64,000 nt of DNA from an uncultured Candidatus Poseidoniales archaeon (GCA_963968165.1 CAXAFE010000011.1:4384-68383), one strand, 5' to 3'. Numbered from the stretch's first letter, positions 52,701-57,478 are shown. Made by a program: numbers and translations. The notes: generated from the sequence alone by a model not told the origin.

Positions 52701-54445
52701 CAGATGGATTAATCATTGATATCTTTACTGGAGTAATTTCCGGGACACCATTAGTACAATTTGATCATTTAATTTTGGAATTCTCTCATACAATTACAGC
52801 AAGTAATGGACAGTATAATTTTTCTTATTCTGTAGATTTTGATATCATTCCGAAAATTATTGAAGACTTGGATACTGATGGTGATGGCTGGACCAACCAA
52901 GATGAGCTTAGCTGTAATACCTCTCAAATCGATCCAGAGTCTTATCCTCAAGATATTGATCTTGATGGAAAATGTGAACTGATGGATGATGATGATGATG
53001 GTGACGGAAGGGCAGATGAAATAGATGCGTTTGCAAACAATTCTTATGCGTGGGAAGACACTGATGGTGACGGAATTCCGGATGATGTTACATGCAAATA
53101 TTCAACAAACTCTTCTTATTGTATTTCTTTAGATTTGATAGCTGATACAGATGATGATGGTGACGGTTGGAATGATACTGCAGAAATAAGCTGTGGTACA
53201 AATCCTAAGAATGGTACTAATATGCCACTAGATGATGATGAGAATGGAGTATGTGATCGTTTAGAAATACAAGAAGTAGCCAATAACAAAATATTTTGGA
53301 TAGTTTGTTTTCCATTAGTATTGATATTGTTATTATTGTTCTGGCTATTAAATCCATTTGGAGTTAATGACGATGAAATAAGGGGCCCCGAACCGCCATA
53401 TACTAAATTCACCCCAAAGATACAAGAGGGCACTGGCGAATATGATAATCCATTCATACTTAAATCGATAAAAGGCGTTAGGGCCGGAGGAAGCACCCAA
53501 TCAAGAGAACTGATAAAGATTACAAATATTACGCCTAGATTAGAAATAGATTTTATCAATTTATCTACTGATGACGATAATGGGAGATTTAGCATGAAGA
53601 ACATTAAAGCTAATTCAAGAGGCGAAATAGAATTTAGGCTCGATTTCAATGATTACAATATTAGTCAGGAAGGTTCTAAATATAGTGCATTTATGAGAAT
53701 TGGAAAGGCGTCTGTATACTTGAAATGGGATGTAGAAGTTAAAAACACAAAAGATCTTACAGAGGAAGGAAGTCTACCAGTAAAAAATACTGCAAATACC
53801 GCTGTAAAGGTAGTTGAAGCTGAAGCTACTAGGCTGGCTGAAGAAGCTGAAGCTACTAGGCTGGCTGAAGAAGCTGAAGCAGATCAACGAATAAAAAGGA
53901 CTCTAGAAGAAATGGCTATATCAGAAGTTGATAAGATAAAGGAAAGAAAGATAAGGCTGGCTGAAGAAAAGAAGGTGGAACTATTGAGAAGAGTTGCAGA
54001 AAAAGCAAAAACCATTGATTTTGACATTATTGGTTATGCGGCAACTGCTGATGTCACAACTGAGATAACTCCAGGATTGGAAAGTATCACTCTAGGTGAT
54101 GCATCTTCTTTCCCAGAAAGTGGGAATGCATACATCAAAGATGAAAAAGTAAACATATCCATCAAATGGACTGGGAAAGATGGAGATACGCTGATAGGAA
54201 TTTCTGGCATAAATATGCACACACCAATCGGTTCAATGATAGTTCAAAAAGATAATTTACAAGACATAAAAGGTATTGGCCCATTTATAGAAGAAAAATT
54301 GAATGCTTTAAGCATATATACATTTAACCAGATATCAAATATGACTCATGAAATAGAAGAACAGGTTAATAATGCCATTGAATTCTTCCCGGGAAGAATA
54401 AGGAGAGATGAGTGGGTAAAACAGGCTTACGATTTTTTAAATTGA
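37793..54445 (+). CDS. Giant (5,550 aa) mosaic cell-surface protein: RCC1 propellers + unnamed ~48-aa repeats + TSP3 Ca-binding repeats + Ig-like (He_PIG-type) domains + TM + cytoplasmic coiled-coil/H3TH tail
   Basis: A single uninterrupted ORF in the track. The N-terminus is signal-like (AFLLVSLMIISTQISLIGS). By my count there are 21 CWG..N..GQLG blade signatures (7+5+9), ~10 LP.GL.F...TG.I.G.P motifs and many DxDxDGxxDxxD motifs. One TM helix (IFWIVCFPLVLILLLLFWLL) lies at 53291-53352, followed by a ~365-aa tail. Confidence 0.9.
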   Translation: MFGKRECKAFLLVSLMIISTQISLIGSIDFSSELNEEVQRFESNNGDVTIISVGNSQSCAIGTDNKMKCWGDGDQGKTGHENTEDYGDETLEMGRYLYFTDVGTNLTFLDVALGDTFSCALVNDSSIRCWGENDKLGNSLGLSGSGSRGDGYLEMGSNVNTVNIGTWLANSIEAGGSHACAVVNNGTDDSLVCWGENSVGQLGLGSTDTVGDDVGDLESGELPHVDLPNRGGITSVTLGKDHTCILWADGEIGCWGDNSAGQLGIGNTDTIGDESNEMSTNLVLVDLPSDRTATAITAGNDFTCAILDDASIACWGEGSNGRLGTGTITDEGDESDEIGDDLNIVNVGSGLGVISADAGDSHICAILTNNQLKCWGKNDFGQLGYGNGLSIGDDDNEMGDSLDAVSLGTGITASSVKSGDSFTCALTNNDRVKCWGSGEDGRTGLGKTGATGDEPNEMGNYLEYVELFMPLEVFNLECDVEAEGVDSELLALDSTSNNVGNKVSTTLSSKSCASMAYVDDEINTAKFGIYNLNKWTIEEVYISGTSISDTSITLDSNDIPHLLYMDTVQPIYYTKYDGEWTSTALSSSWLGSSVDIEIDSLGNLYLFSLSSTELNIVVCLESSDCLDTSSWTEVGSISVVSGGYGLDSDISYDDKLWIGYVDETSGDTDIELSTCSSSCEIIGNWQQVIISNLGDISTENASVALDIGANGSVHVAHNNLVNGLQYSNCYSSCESASSWTTEEILQTYSTGVIDIGTGPDLSVVIIVGTSNGEFTLHKKDNQWNYNQVRGTGDSGWLGIEITDLGQMWGFAFYPDNPNSFYQLRQQGMTTPGLELDIDGDGWMRVDEDMCGTNFRDSTSIPIDTDADYLCEIIDGAVSGNPSIGESDVLALGEKFGCALLSDGSVACWGDNSEGQLGNSVAGADSEYAVLVDLPDGFTASSIDAGSGHACSVGEDFSLVCWGRNTEGQLGRGTFSTYESPNFVNIPTGLGVNKFAIGTNHNCMKTSDGEIYCWGESDDERLGKILNPAINYSIVDNFENNDLDWTRTIGNYFNWDNSGFLYKTYYNSWSTDVIESDAFSINPGSVIQIKVDALRLGDNGGTLEVFIGEQLISTLTDSDWHDNIWTGYKTINITVPDSILDNVGLKFRVYCYRCTVKIDDLNTENTAYGGVSDLNIPTKLDFDNSDSISEIALGDRHSCTASVTNSGDDEIYCWGYNGGINSNVLGNYNYYGINSYLPQLVDLSGPDSLVSSNWSTNSIVSINAGSDTTCSILDSLESVCWGKSALTEYINPSIDTVASTGDIGRHPALMLDSNNYWNIAFYDSSNSDLRLAYYDGVSWNVESVYAGSNDVGEGVTITLDGDGNKHLVAYDHTDDEIVHMTKMINSTELIANIDGNSYNPATVVDSEGNIHIAYLEGTTKTLQYIYYNGTSWSSPILIDDYLTWSGYGTNDLQIDSSGNLHLSYYNWNTAPSNDPHELTYATYNGSVWSTYALQEMICSGACGTNGFSSSIEIDVNDRPHISYYDQKNDTLRYTHYDGTSWTDETVTTDDDNNNGIYNSISLDNNDYPRIAYYNVTHADLDLAVWDGSTWSFQKVDTMNSVGTYPSISIGTDDLTRIAYTYASQSDIKYASSTGTDWNFHTFEGSYSSIVSLGLDDLNNPRISAINIDGTDNVVLFYNNSNEWIEYNVEDNSGTNSNHPSMFVNSDGTAYIAYVNAGDGFVRYSTIYTGTIWNKNNIATTGDVSTSYPGLGMHFDRTDFLNLKYIDSTDSALKSTIVRNKGDLLSSLVDGENTNSGKHSSIVVDSAGNTHVSYYNISSTSLMYAKYNNSWAIEEVDNTGTSGVYTSIVIDDQDMPHISYQSEAKLKYAKYNGSGWELTTIDDESTYLAYETSIELDTNYNPHIAYRVQNYTGSTYEYHVKYAHYNGTNWTTEDVKTSDRSNWNSYSNTGRDVSIALNSTNTVFITYYDDYWDDLYIANKTGNNWTTSKIADNAGGNERSASIIVDSTDSIHLAYYDRSGYDLHYAFCQSSCELFTSWIHTLDIDSSSYNIGTYVSIALDSDNNPHIGYYDSAYADLEYAYCTDLCSSASSWVKETISSDNNVGYHVSISVDSNDNIYFSYYNASNTGLEIINLFSGIDDTTIISPIGSHHYQLGFVNLDGTEHLSYYNGTDTSGKLQYSTINLETGLWGATTVDESSTKTGLYSDIDLDSYGNPHISYFDSTNNKIKYAYYDSSSWVISDVATVGENSGYTSIVINSINRPNIAYHDSTTGDLMMAKWDGNSWTILAQDEGSAGLGTDISVDNTDMIFISYYDETTDDLEFVTTGYESPILTGNSYYHISGTSLDNGSGPIKSIDIGETHACAIMQITIKCWGSSQSGQLGNGVVADTSLSPVSVNSVGGFTPLEVSVSINSDSNGGSSCALYSEDLTNQRVVMCWGYGENGQIGDGADISLNSPSSTSKVSIDFEIALGIAYGSDYVSTGQNDPMKISLSSTSNFGCAMSYKGHVKCWGYNGYGQLGIENTTNSGDSDNEMGSNLKFVSLGVNRTAKDISLGGSHACAILDNNQVKCWGYNGYGQLGIENNTQIGDNYGELWGDNHPSINLGTGRTAVAISTGFSHTCVILDTGDIKCWGYNGYGQLGIGSTATIGDNPNEMGDNLAKVDLGYGRTALAIVSGTNSNCAILDSGLIKCWGRNNVGQLGIGSTTQIGDNTNEMGNNLEISRLGTDTIALSLSGGGSNYCALTNNRDIKCWGHNGYGQLGIENTTQMGDNVNEMGDNLIKVDLGTGRSAIRISTGSTHTCVILDNEDFKCWGYNGYGQLGIGSNTQIGDNTNEMGDNLISPELPLNSIKVLESGNHNTCAILFDNTIRCWGYNGYGQLGIGSTATIGDNPNEMGNEMAITNLHLIPKDSDGDGWIDLWDNDDDNDGYLDIYDHLPHDSRDWRDYDGDGLGTNVDTDDDDSDVKTVDQDTILTWSDEEEIACGYLPWSSLSTPADYDGDGICDALDMDLDGNGWNNTYQKQCYGEEIDLWKNTEIWGNTASANVPYSTYDGAGYGGYDFLISDYGIKSYATYSNFYLSQGLIRHDESVSIQYTNYVYYAYDYFEVLEQNGIIYVNNEEQIIRFQDINNTGTGTTVSSSLGQGPMGSDMAISKDGDMVVSYNQAENKIVGNYLNGTVFSFNLPSNLGAGGQIAFGPNGRLHLIEVDLNARDSDLPIGFYHYFADLNNSLSGYSSMDWSTGQLVLERNQSTTSYSANTQSDADSYHADLHVTDAGNIYAAMYNNTDLWSASYAGSTWTNQKIAEDTGNNEGIIISSDSSGTPHIGWINHTSDKLIISIFDSSEWIDVEIWESDGWAPGLRRSKLSLRFDSNDDLFLMSYNANSTNSALIHHKVPLINPAYSYNPVDHDTDGICDSLQYSIIDYGSTTFQLIEGNEVTINPTFRGLEIVEVYSTNLPSGLSLNSTTGIITGSPTDTDLIGTSVTVYSNSSNSSYTHTITIYVISKTPTIAGVSTPIQVNVNYERTQHEYDSEGNLYYYGRYSSTTIPGEFTPDGISISGLTNDDAYVAKRFSNGTWAWFFPINGTSTLYTGNLAVDDLGNSYIVGNRDSGVIDLPGTVWDLPSGKAPFIISIDNTGSIRWAKDMESTGSINWKFGVRYQFVRDYGHSELHIDNATGELTFSGSISSTGVTQEERTATFGNLTLEIGTSYTSYYRPFVFKMDSLGEFIWVQSITPSYAQHSPLQGMAVQENGTVSLLWKSYSSSVAGSITVGENGVWQFILANINSTGHWTNSKSILEETDHNRIASTEVGAKMESVKNGDIVIAMWSLDDTSKIRISDSIYWFNETCVDSLAILRLDGTDWQVENSLEICLAGNGGSGASKTDKMEVDSQDRIWLFIGSTSLSNHNRIIRLDSILNTDFEEYFTYANNRGNSFYIYWQDVTFDNDDNVFLTIYNNAYSSLWWDESSIPYTYNIYYRNLFLMDKVRHTIDGKNPVFGEQINYGINGLSAMGGSDYDQIDSYAISPDLPDGLEFNIGTGVISGTAITNSSLANYTIWVNDTLLGNQVLNIAFEVLNGKPNVTYEQTEFIFERGAIIAPIVPTEINGTIVSWNVVPALPFGLSMGESNGTIWGIPTVNLTSTIFNLQVSSDGATRNIYFNFTINEPLATITYGNGSYIVGRDSLVSIFPALGGGEIASFGITPTSLPMGLEFNPATGSITGTPLLVVGAVNYTVFANNSGGSVNTSLILTVTGSGISLVFPTSSIELVNGSEMQPIAGQTSGSAPNYWEISPELQDGLEFGIFNGTIWGTPSEVMNSTTYIIWANTTGGETANAELTISVLIDTDGDGTPDTIDIDDDNDGWSDIDENNCGNNPLDNTNYPSDSDADGICDSLDTNNDADIIILYPTNELYITVNQSFTPLVPFTSGGDITGWEVSPNLPFNIELNSSTGVVSGMATTIFNATTYTIWANNSAYSGLFNLSIISSLLDTDGDGSPDETDLDDDGDGWTDTDEITCLTNPLDLEDLPVDSDGDGICDGADPVNDSEIFFSYPYTVLVITVNSSVSLNPYVTGGDVITWEIYPQLPENLIFNSDNGLINGEAISEFLPTNFTIWANNSQYSSMFIIELASLLLDTDEDGVPDETDIDDDGDGWTDSQEINCSSDPLIASSIPPDSDEDNVCDNLDDVNDAQIYLTYSSLSQNLFVNEPMDYLVATVYGGDVREWEISPELPLGLNLDNGVAYRSLSMVGTGLISGSPMYEFPLTIFTVWANNSQHSDSIAIALKSSIPDLDDSYFDLLYLEDNINLTIEFDELYLEPEIFGGNVTNWSIIPQIPEGLIFNFDNGVISGQPLISFNETIFSISASNSIHIDIFNLTLSAQYLDSDLDGIPDIIDEDDDGDGWNDTMEIDCETEPLEFYLSPGDTDGDGMCNLLDTLDDSPILFFYPNDKIIGIVGEEIQSIVPRIAPSGGDILEYSVSTPLPDGLIIDIFTGVISGTPLVQFDHLILEFSHTITASNGQYNFSYSVDFDIIPKIIEDLDTDGDGWTNQDELSCNTSQIDPESYPQDIDLDGKCELMDDDDDGDGRADEIDAFANNSYAWEDTDGDGIPDDVTCKYSTNSSYCISLDLIADTDDDGDGWNDTAEISCGTNPKNGTNMPLDDDENGVCDRLEIQEVANNKIFWIVCFPLVLILLLLFWLLNPFGVNDDEIRGPEPPYTKFTPKIQEGTGEYDNPFILKSIKGVRAGGSTQSRELIKITNITPRLEIDFINLSTDDDNGRFSMKNIKANSRGEIEFRLDFNDYNISQEGSKYSAFMRIGKASVYLKWDVEVKNTKDLTEEGSLPVKNTANTAVKVVEAEATRLAEEAEATRLAEEAEADQRIKRTLEEMAISEVDKIKERKIRLAEEKKVELLRRVAEKAKTIDFDIIGYAATADVTTEITPGLESITLGDASSFPESGNAYIKDEKVNISIKWTGKDGDTLIGISGINMHTPIGSMIVQKDNLQDIKGIGPFIEEKLNALSIYTFNQISNMTHEIEEQVNNAIEFFPGRIRRDEWVKQAYDFLN
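37930..39190 (+). repeat. RCC1-like block 1 (7 blade signatures)
   Basis: The blades read KCWGDGDQG, RCWGENDKLG, VCWGENSVGQLG, GCWGDNSAGQLG, ACWGEGSNGRLG, KCWGKNDFGQLG and KCWGSGEDGRTG. Each is followed by ..GD...EMG and a ..(H/F)(A/T)CA strand. Confidence 0.8.
39330..40270 (+). repeat. First block (~6 units) of the unnamed ~48-aa repeat, several with a C-x3-C...W insert
   Basis: Units include PIYYTKYDGEWTSTAL, IELSTCSSSCEIIGNWQQV, LQYSNCYSSCESASSWTTE and FTLHKKDNQWNYNQV. Confidence 0.6.
40441..41650 (+). repeat. RCC1-like block 2 (5 blade signatures) interrupted by a ~140-aa non-RCC1 insert at ~40861-41290
   Basis: ACWGDNSEGQLG, VCWGRNTEGQLG and YCWGESDDERLG precede the insert. The insert begins ILNPAINYSIVDNFENNDLDWTR and ends RVYCYRCTVKIDDLN. 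YCWGYNGG and VCWGKS follow it. Confidence 0.7.
41690..44780 (+). repeat. Main array, ~21 units, of the unnamed ~48-aa repeat
   Basis: The consensus read by eye is G.Y.SI.(L/V)D(S/N)..N.PHI(S/A)YYD....DL.YA.Y(D/N)G(S/T).W..E.V. Example: TYVSIALDSDNNPHIGYYDSAYADLEYAYC..., LYSDIDLDSYGNPHISYFDSTNNKIKYAYYDSSSWVISDV. Confidence 0.75.
44840..46480 (+). repeat. RCC1-like block 3 (9 blade signatures); the last 7 form a ~180-nt DNA-level tandem array
   Basis: The core TGTTGGGGATATAATGGCTATGGGCAACTTGGAAT starts at 45311, 45491, 45674, 46214 and 46391 (identical), at 46034 (1 mismatch) and at 45854 (diverged). Spacings are 180/183/180/180/180/177 nt. Confidence 0.9.
49840..53260 (+). repeat. Ig-like (LPxGLxF..TGxIxGTP, He_PIG-type) domains, from ~50780 alternating with TSP3/Cys modules
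   Basis: Example Ig-like run: ISPDLPDGLEFNIGTGVISGTA...YTIWVN. TSP3/Cys modules are LLDTDGDGSPDETDLDDDGDGWTDTDEITCLTNPLDLEDLPVDSDGDGICDGAD and three or four further copies. Confidence 0.75.
53816..53881 (+). repeat. Perfect in-frame 27-nt tandem duplication (2.4 copies) in the tail of the giant ORF
   Basis: GAAGCTGAAGCTACTAGGCTGGCTGAA occurs at 53816-53842 and 53843-53869, followed by 12 nt of a third copy. It encodes (E)AEATRLAE x2. Confidence 0.95.
54251..54442 (+). other. C-terminal H3TH-like (COG3743/DUF4332-like) domain of the giant protein
   Basis: NLQDIKGIGPFIEEKLNALSIYTFNQISNMTHEIEEQVNNAIEFFPGRIRRDEWVKQAYDFLN aligns by eye, residue for residue, with the C-terminus of the 33615-36254 protein. 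Confidence 0.65.
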
Positions 54446-54516
54446 TAAAATAAAATAAAATATTGTAGATAGGCATTAAATAGAAATTGATTGTGCATAT
54501 GAGCGGAGGAATTAAT

Positions 54517-55860
54517 ATGGCAGAAGAAACAAATGGTTTATTCTCACCAATAACTGATTTACTCCATCAAATTGTAGATTTGGGACTCATATATCAAATT
54601 GGATTTTGTATTTTAATGATAATGATAGCATTATTGTTAGTTAAGTTCTTATTTACAAGAGTAGCTTGGAAAATTGTAAAAAGGACACAAAATGACTGGG
54701 ATAACGCAGCCCTTGTACCCATTATCAACAGGATATATATTTTTGTTTTAGCCGCTGGTTTTGAATTGTCAATAGGTTGGATAGATGGAGCGGGAGATGG
54801 CGTATTTTATTCTAGTATTGAACCTTATTTTTCAGCTACATACATTCTCCTTACCACATCGCTAATTAGTGTTGGAATAAAATATATAATACCTGCAATA
54901 TTTGATAAATATACTGTAAATAAATCTGTTACTGTTACTGGAGGAAATCCAATAATGGTTTTTATCACCAGAGGAATAGTTTGGTTTATAGGATTAAATC
55001 TTGCACTTGATATTGTTGGAATAGAATTATTTGGAATATTGGCTTCATTAGCAGTATTTTCATTAATTATAGGTTTGGCTGTTCAGCAAACATTAGGAAA
55101 TATCGTCAATTCATTTATGTTGGCAATAGATCAACCATTTGAAGTTGGAGACAGAATAGAGGTTGAAGGTATCCAAGGTAATGTCGTATCCGTAGGAATC
55201 TTATCTACAAAAATATTAACCTTTACCGAACAGTTAGTTATAATTCCAAATAATAGATTAATAGACTCTACGATAACAAATTTTGCCAGAGGTGGTGGAG
55301 ATGGAGTAGCTACAAGAGTTTCACTTCATATGGATATTGGAGTAGATTACGATGAAAACTCTGCCCATGTTAAACAGGTTATTACTGAAGTTGCTAGGAA
55401 ATGTAAATTTGTAAATGCAGATCCGCCACCCCGTGTATTACTCAGAGAACTTGGAGACTTTGCGAAAATCTATAGATTATATACATGGATTGAAGATTAT
55501 GATGATGAATTTTTTGCCAAAGATTGGTTATTAAGAGAGATAGATATAAGATTTGGAATTGAGGGCATAAGTATACCTTATCCAGTAGCAGTAGAGTTAG
55601 AAAGTAAACCATCGCCATTTGGAGATGACGAAAGAGCTGTTGAAAGAAGAATGAGGAGGAAAACTAGTAGGCAGCAAGTTGCAACTATGACCATGGCAAG
55701 AGATGAATCAGCTCTTTTGGCTGAAAGAGACGAAATGAGAGTAGAATTAGAGTACTTACAAAGTCAAATTACACAAGGTGATCTTAAGAGAACCGAGCGG
55801 GAAACTATAGAAAATGATATACGTAGTTTAGAAGTAATTTTAGCACAATTCTCCGATTGA
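54517..55860 (+). CDS. MscS-family mechanosensitive channel with C-terminal coiled-coil extension
   Basis: The motif run is GLAVQQTLGNIVNSFMLAIDQPFEVGDRIEVEGIQGNVVSVGILSTKILTFTEQLVIIPNNRL. The track ORF starts at TTG 54487. The ATG at 54517 is preceded by GGAGGA at 54505-54510. Confidence 0.85.
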   Translation: MAEETNGLFSPITDLLHQIVDLGLIYQIGFCILMIMIALLLVKFLFTRVAWKIVKRTQNDWDNAALVPIINRIYIFVLAAGFELSIGWIDGAGDGVFYSSIEPYFSATYILLTTSLISVGIKYIIPAIFDKYTVNKSVTVTGGNPIMVFITRGIVWFIGLNLALDIVGIELFGILASLAVFSLIIGLAVQQTLGNIVNSFMLAIDQPFEVGDRIEVEGIQGNVVSVGILSTKILTFTEQLVIIPNNRLIDSTITNFARGGGDGVATRVSLHMDIGVDYDENSAHVKQVITEVARKCKFVNADPPPRVLLRELGDFAKIYRLYTWIEDYDDEFFAKDWLLREIDIRFGIEGISIPYPVAVELESKPSPFGDDERAVERRMRRKTSRQQVATMTMARDESALLAERDEMRVELEYLQSQITQGDLKRTERETIENDIRSLEVILAQFSD

Positions 55861-55900
55861 TATTAACAATTAATTTAGCCTTCCTCATTCTCCGAAGGAT

Positions 55901-57157
55901 ATGGGAATAGATACCGCGACAGCAGCCAAAGAGGCAGGTTTAGTAATATCAGATAGAACATTACCGGGGATATCTAGGGAAATGGTAGAAATACCACCAA
56001 AAGAAGAGGGAGGTAAAGCATCGATAGAATGGATATATAAATATCCTGATGGTAAAATTTTGAAGGATGCAAAGAGGATGAAAATGCTAAATTCCCTAGC
56101 AGTACCTCCAGCCTGGACAGATGTTTGGTTTGATAAGATCGGAGATGGCCATATCCAGGCTACCGGATATGATGCTAAAGGTAGATTACAGTATCGTTAC
56201 CATCCAAACTGGATCAAAAAAAGGGCGGATGATAAATTCGCAGAAGTAGATGAATTTGCAGAAAAATTATCAATATTAAGGCGGAAAGTATCTCATGATA
56301 TTGGAAAAGAGGGTATGCCACAGGATAAAACAGTAGCATTGATCATTAAATTAATGGATAGATATCATATTCGCGTTGGTTCAGATGAATATGCAAAAGA
56401 GAATGAGTCATACGGTTTAACAACATTACAAAACGGTCATTTCAATTATATCAAAGGGACAAATGATGCATTTTTTAAATTTACAGGAAAGTCTGGTAAG
56501 GAATGGAAAATATTAGTAAAGGACAATCAACTTGTAGAATTGATAAAAGAATCTAGAAAAGTTGGCCCGAATAAGAATAAGGAAGAGTTATTTAGATATG
56601 AAGATGAAGTTGGTAATGATTTTGACATTAAGGCAGAACATATAAACAAATACATTCAAGACGTAACAAATTCAAATTTCACCGCAAAGCATTTCAGAAC
56701 TTGGGCGGCCTCATGGAAAATGGGGGCTAGATTGGCATTAGTAGCTGAAGCTAGTGAAGATGAGATAAAGGAAATTCCATATTTGTATGAGAAAGCAATG
56801 GGTGAAGACAAGCTAGAATTAGATCCGACAATTATTTGGAAAAAGGATTCTTTGGGAAAACCGGTTAGATTGAAGAAACCTGAAGGATTGGTTAAATTAG
56901 CAGAAAAAGGATTACTTCCTGGAAAAAAGGATAACGAACGTATGGCTACAATGATTGCAATTATAGATACAGTTGCCGCAGATTTAGGAAATACAAGATC
57001 AGTGTGTAGATCTTCATATATCAGACCAATGTTTTTGGAAGATTGGGAAAAAGGAGTATTTTTAAAGAGATGGAAAAAGGCATCTTTAAAGGAAAAAGAA
57101 GCAGAATTAAGTCGTGAAGAATCAACAGCATTCCATTATATGCGATCTCATGAGTGA
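55901..57157 (+). CDS. DNA topoisomerase IB, poxvirus/bacterial type
   Basis: The N-terminal block is LAVPPAWTDVWFDKIGDGHIQATGYDAKGRLQYRYHPNWIKKRADDKFAEVDEFAEKLSILRRKV. Other blocks are HIRVGSDEYAKENESYGLTTL, FKFTGKSGKEW and FTAKHFRTWAAS. The Tyr region is SVCRSSYIRP. Confidence 0.85.
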   Translation: MGIDTATAAKEAGLVISDRTLPGISREMVEIPPKEEGGKASIEWIYKYPDGKILKDAKRMKMLNSLAVPPAWTDVWFDKIGDGHIQATGYDAKGRLQYRYHPNWIKKRADDKFAEVDEFAEKLSILRRKVSHDIGKEGMPQDKTVALIIKLMDRYHIRVGSDEYAKENESYGLTTLQNGHFNYIKGTNDAFFKFTGKSGKEWKILVKDNQLVELIKESRKVGPNKNKEELFRYEDEVGNDFDIKAEHINKYIQDVTNSNFTAKHFRTWAASWKMGARLALVAEASEDEIKEIPYLYEKAMGEDKLELDPTIIWKKDSLGKPVRLKKPEGLVKLAEKGLLPGKKDNERMATMIAIIDTVAADLGNTRSVCRSSYIRPMFLEDWEKGVFLKRWKKASLKEKEAELSREESTAFHYMRSHE

Positions 57158-57166
57158 GGAATTTAT

Positions 57167-57415
57167 TTGACAGATGTTAGTGGAAACTCAATAAAGAAGT
57201 TAGATTTACTTGGATTTTACTGTCCAATACCCGTACATGAATTGAGGAAATTACTACTTAATTGTGAAGAAGGTCAACTAATAGAAATGATATGTGATGA
57301 TCCAGAAACACTACATGACATTCCAACTTTATGTTCGAGGATGAAAATTATATTACAAGAAGTAAGTAATGAAAATGGAGAATTTATATTTAGAATAAAA
57401 AATTCTAAACATTAA
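57167..57415 (+). CDS. TusA/SirA-like sulfurtransferase-fold protein
   Basis: 82 aa with LDLLGFYCPIPVHELRKLL (CPxP motif). The start is TTG with GAGGAA ~9 nt upstream. Confidence 0.7.
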   Translation: MTDVSGNSIKKLDLLGFYCPIPVHELRKLLLNCEEGQLIEMICDDPETLHDIPTLCSRMKIILQEVSNENGEFIFRIKNSKH

Positions 57416-57478
57416 TGAGAATATAATATCTACGATTTTATTAATAACATGATAGTGGCAGGATAAGGGATTGAAAAC

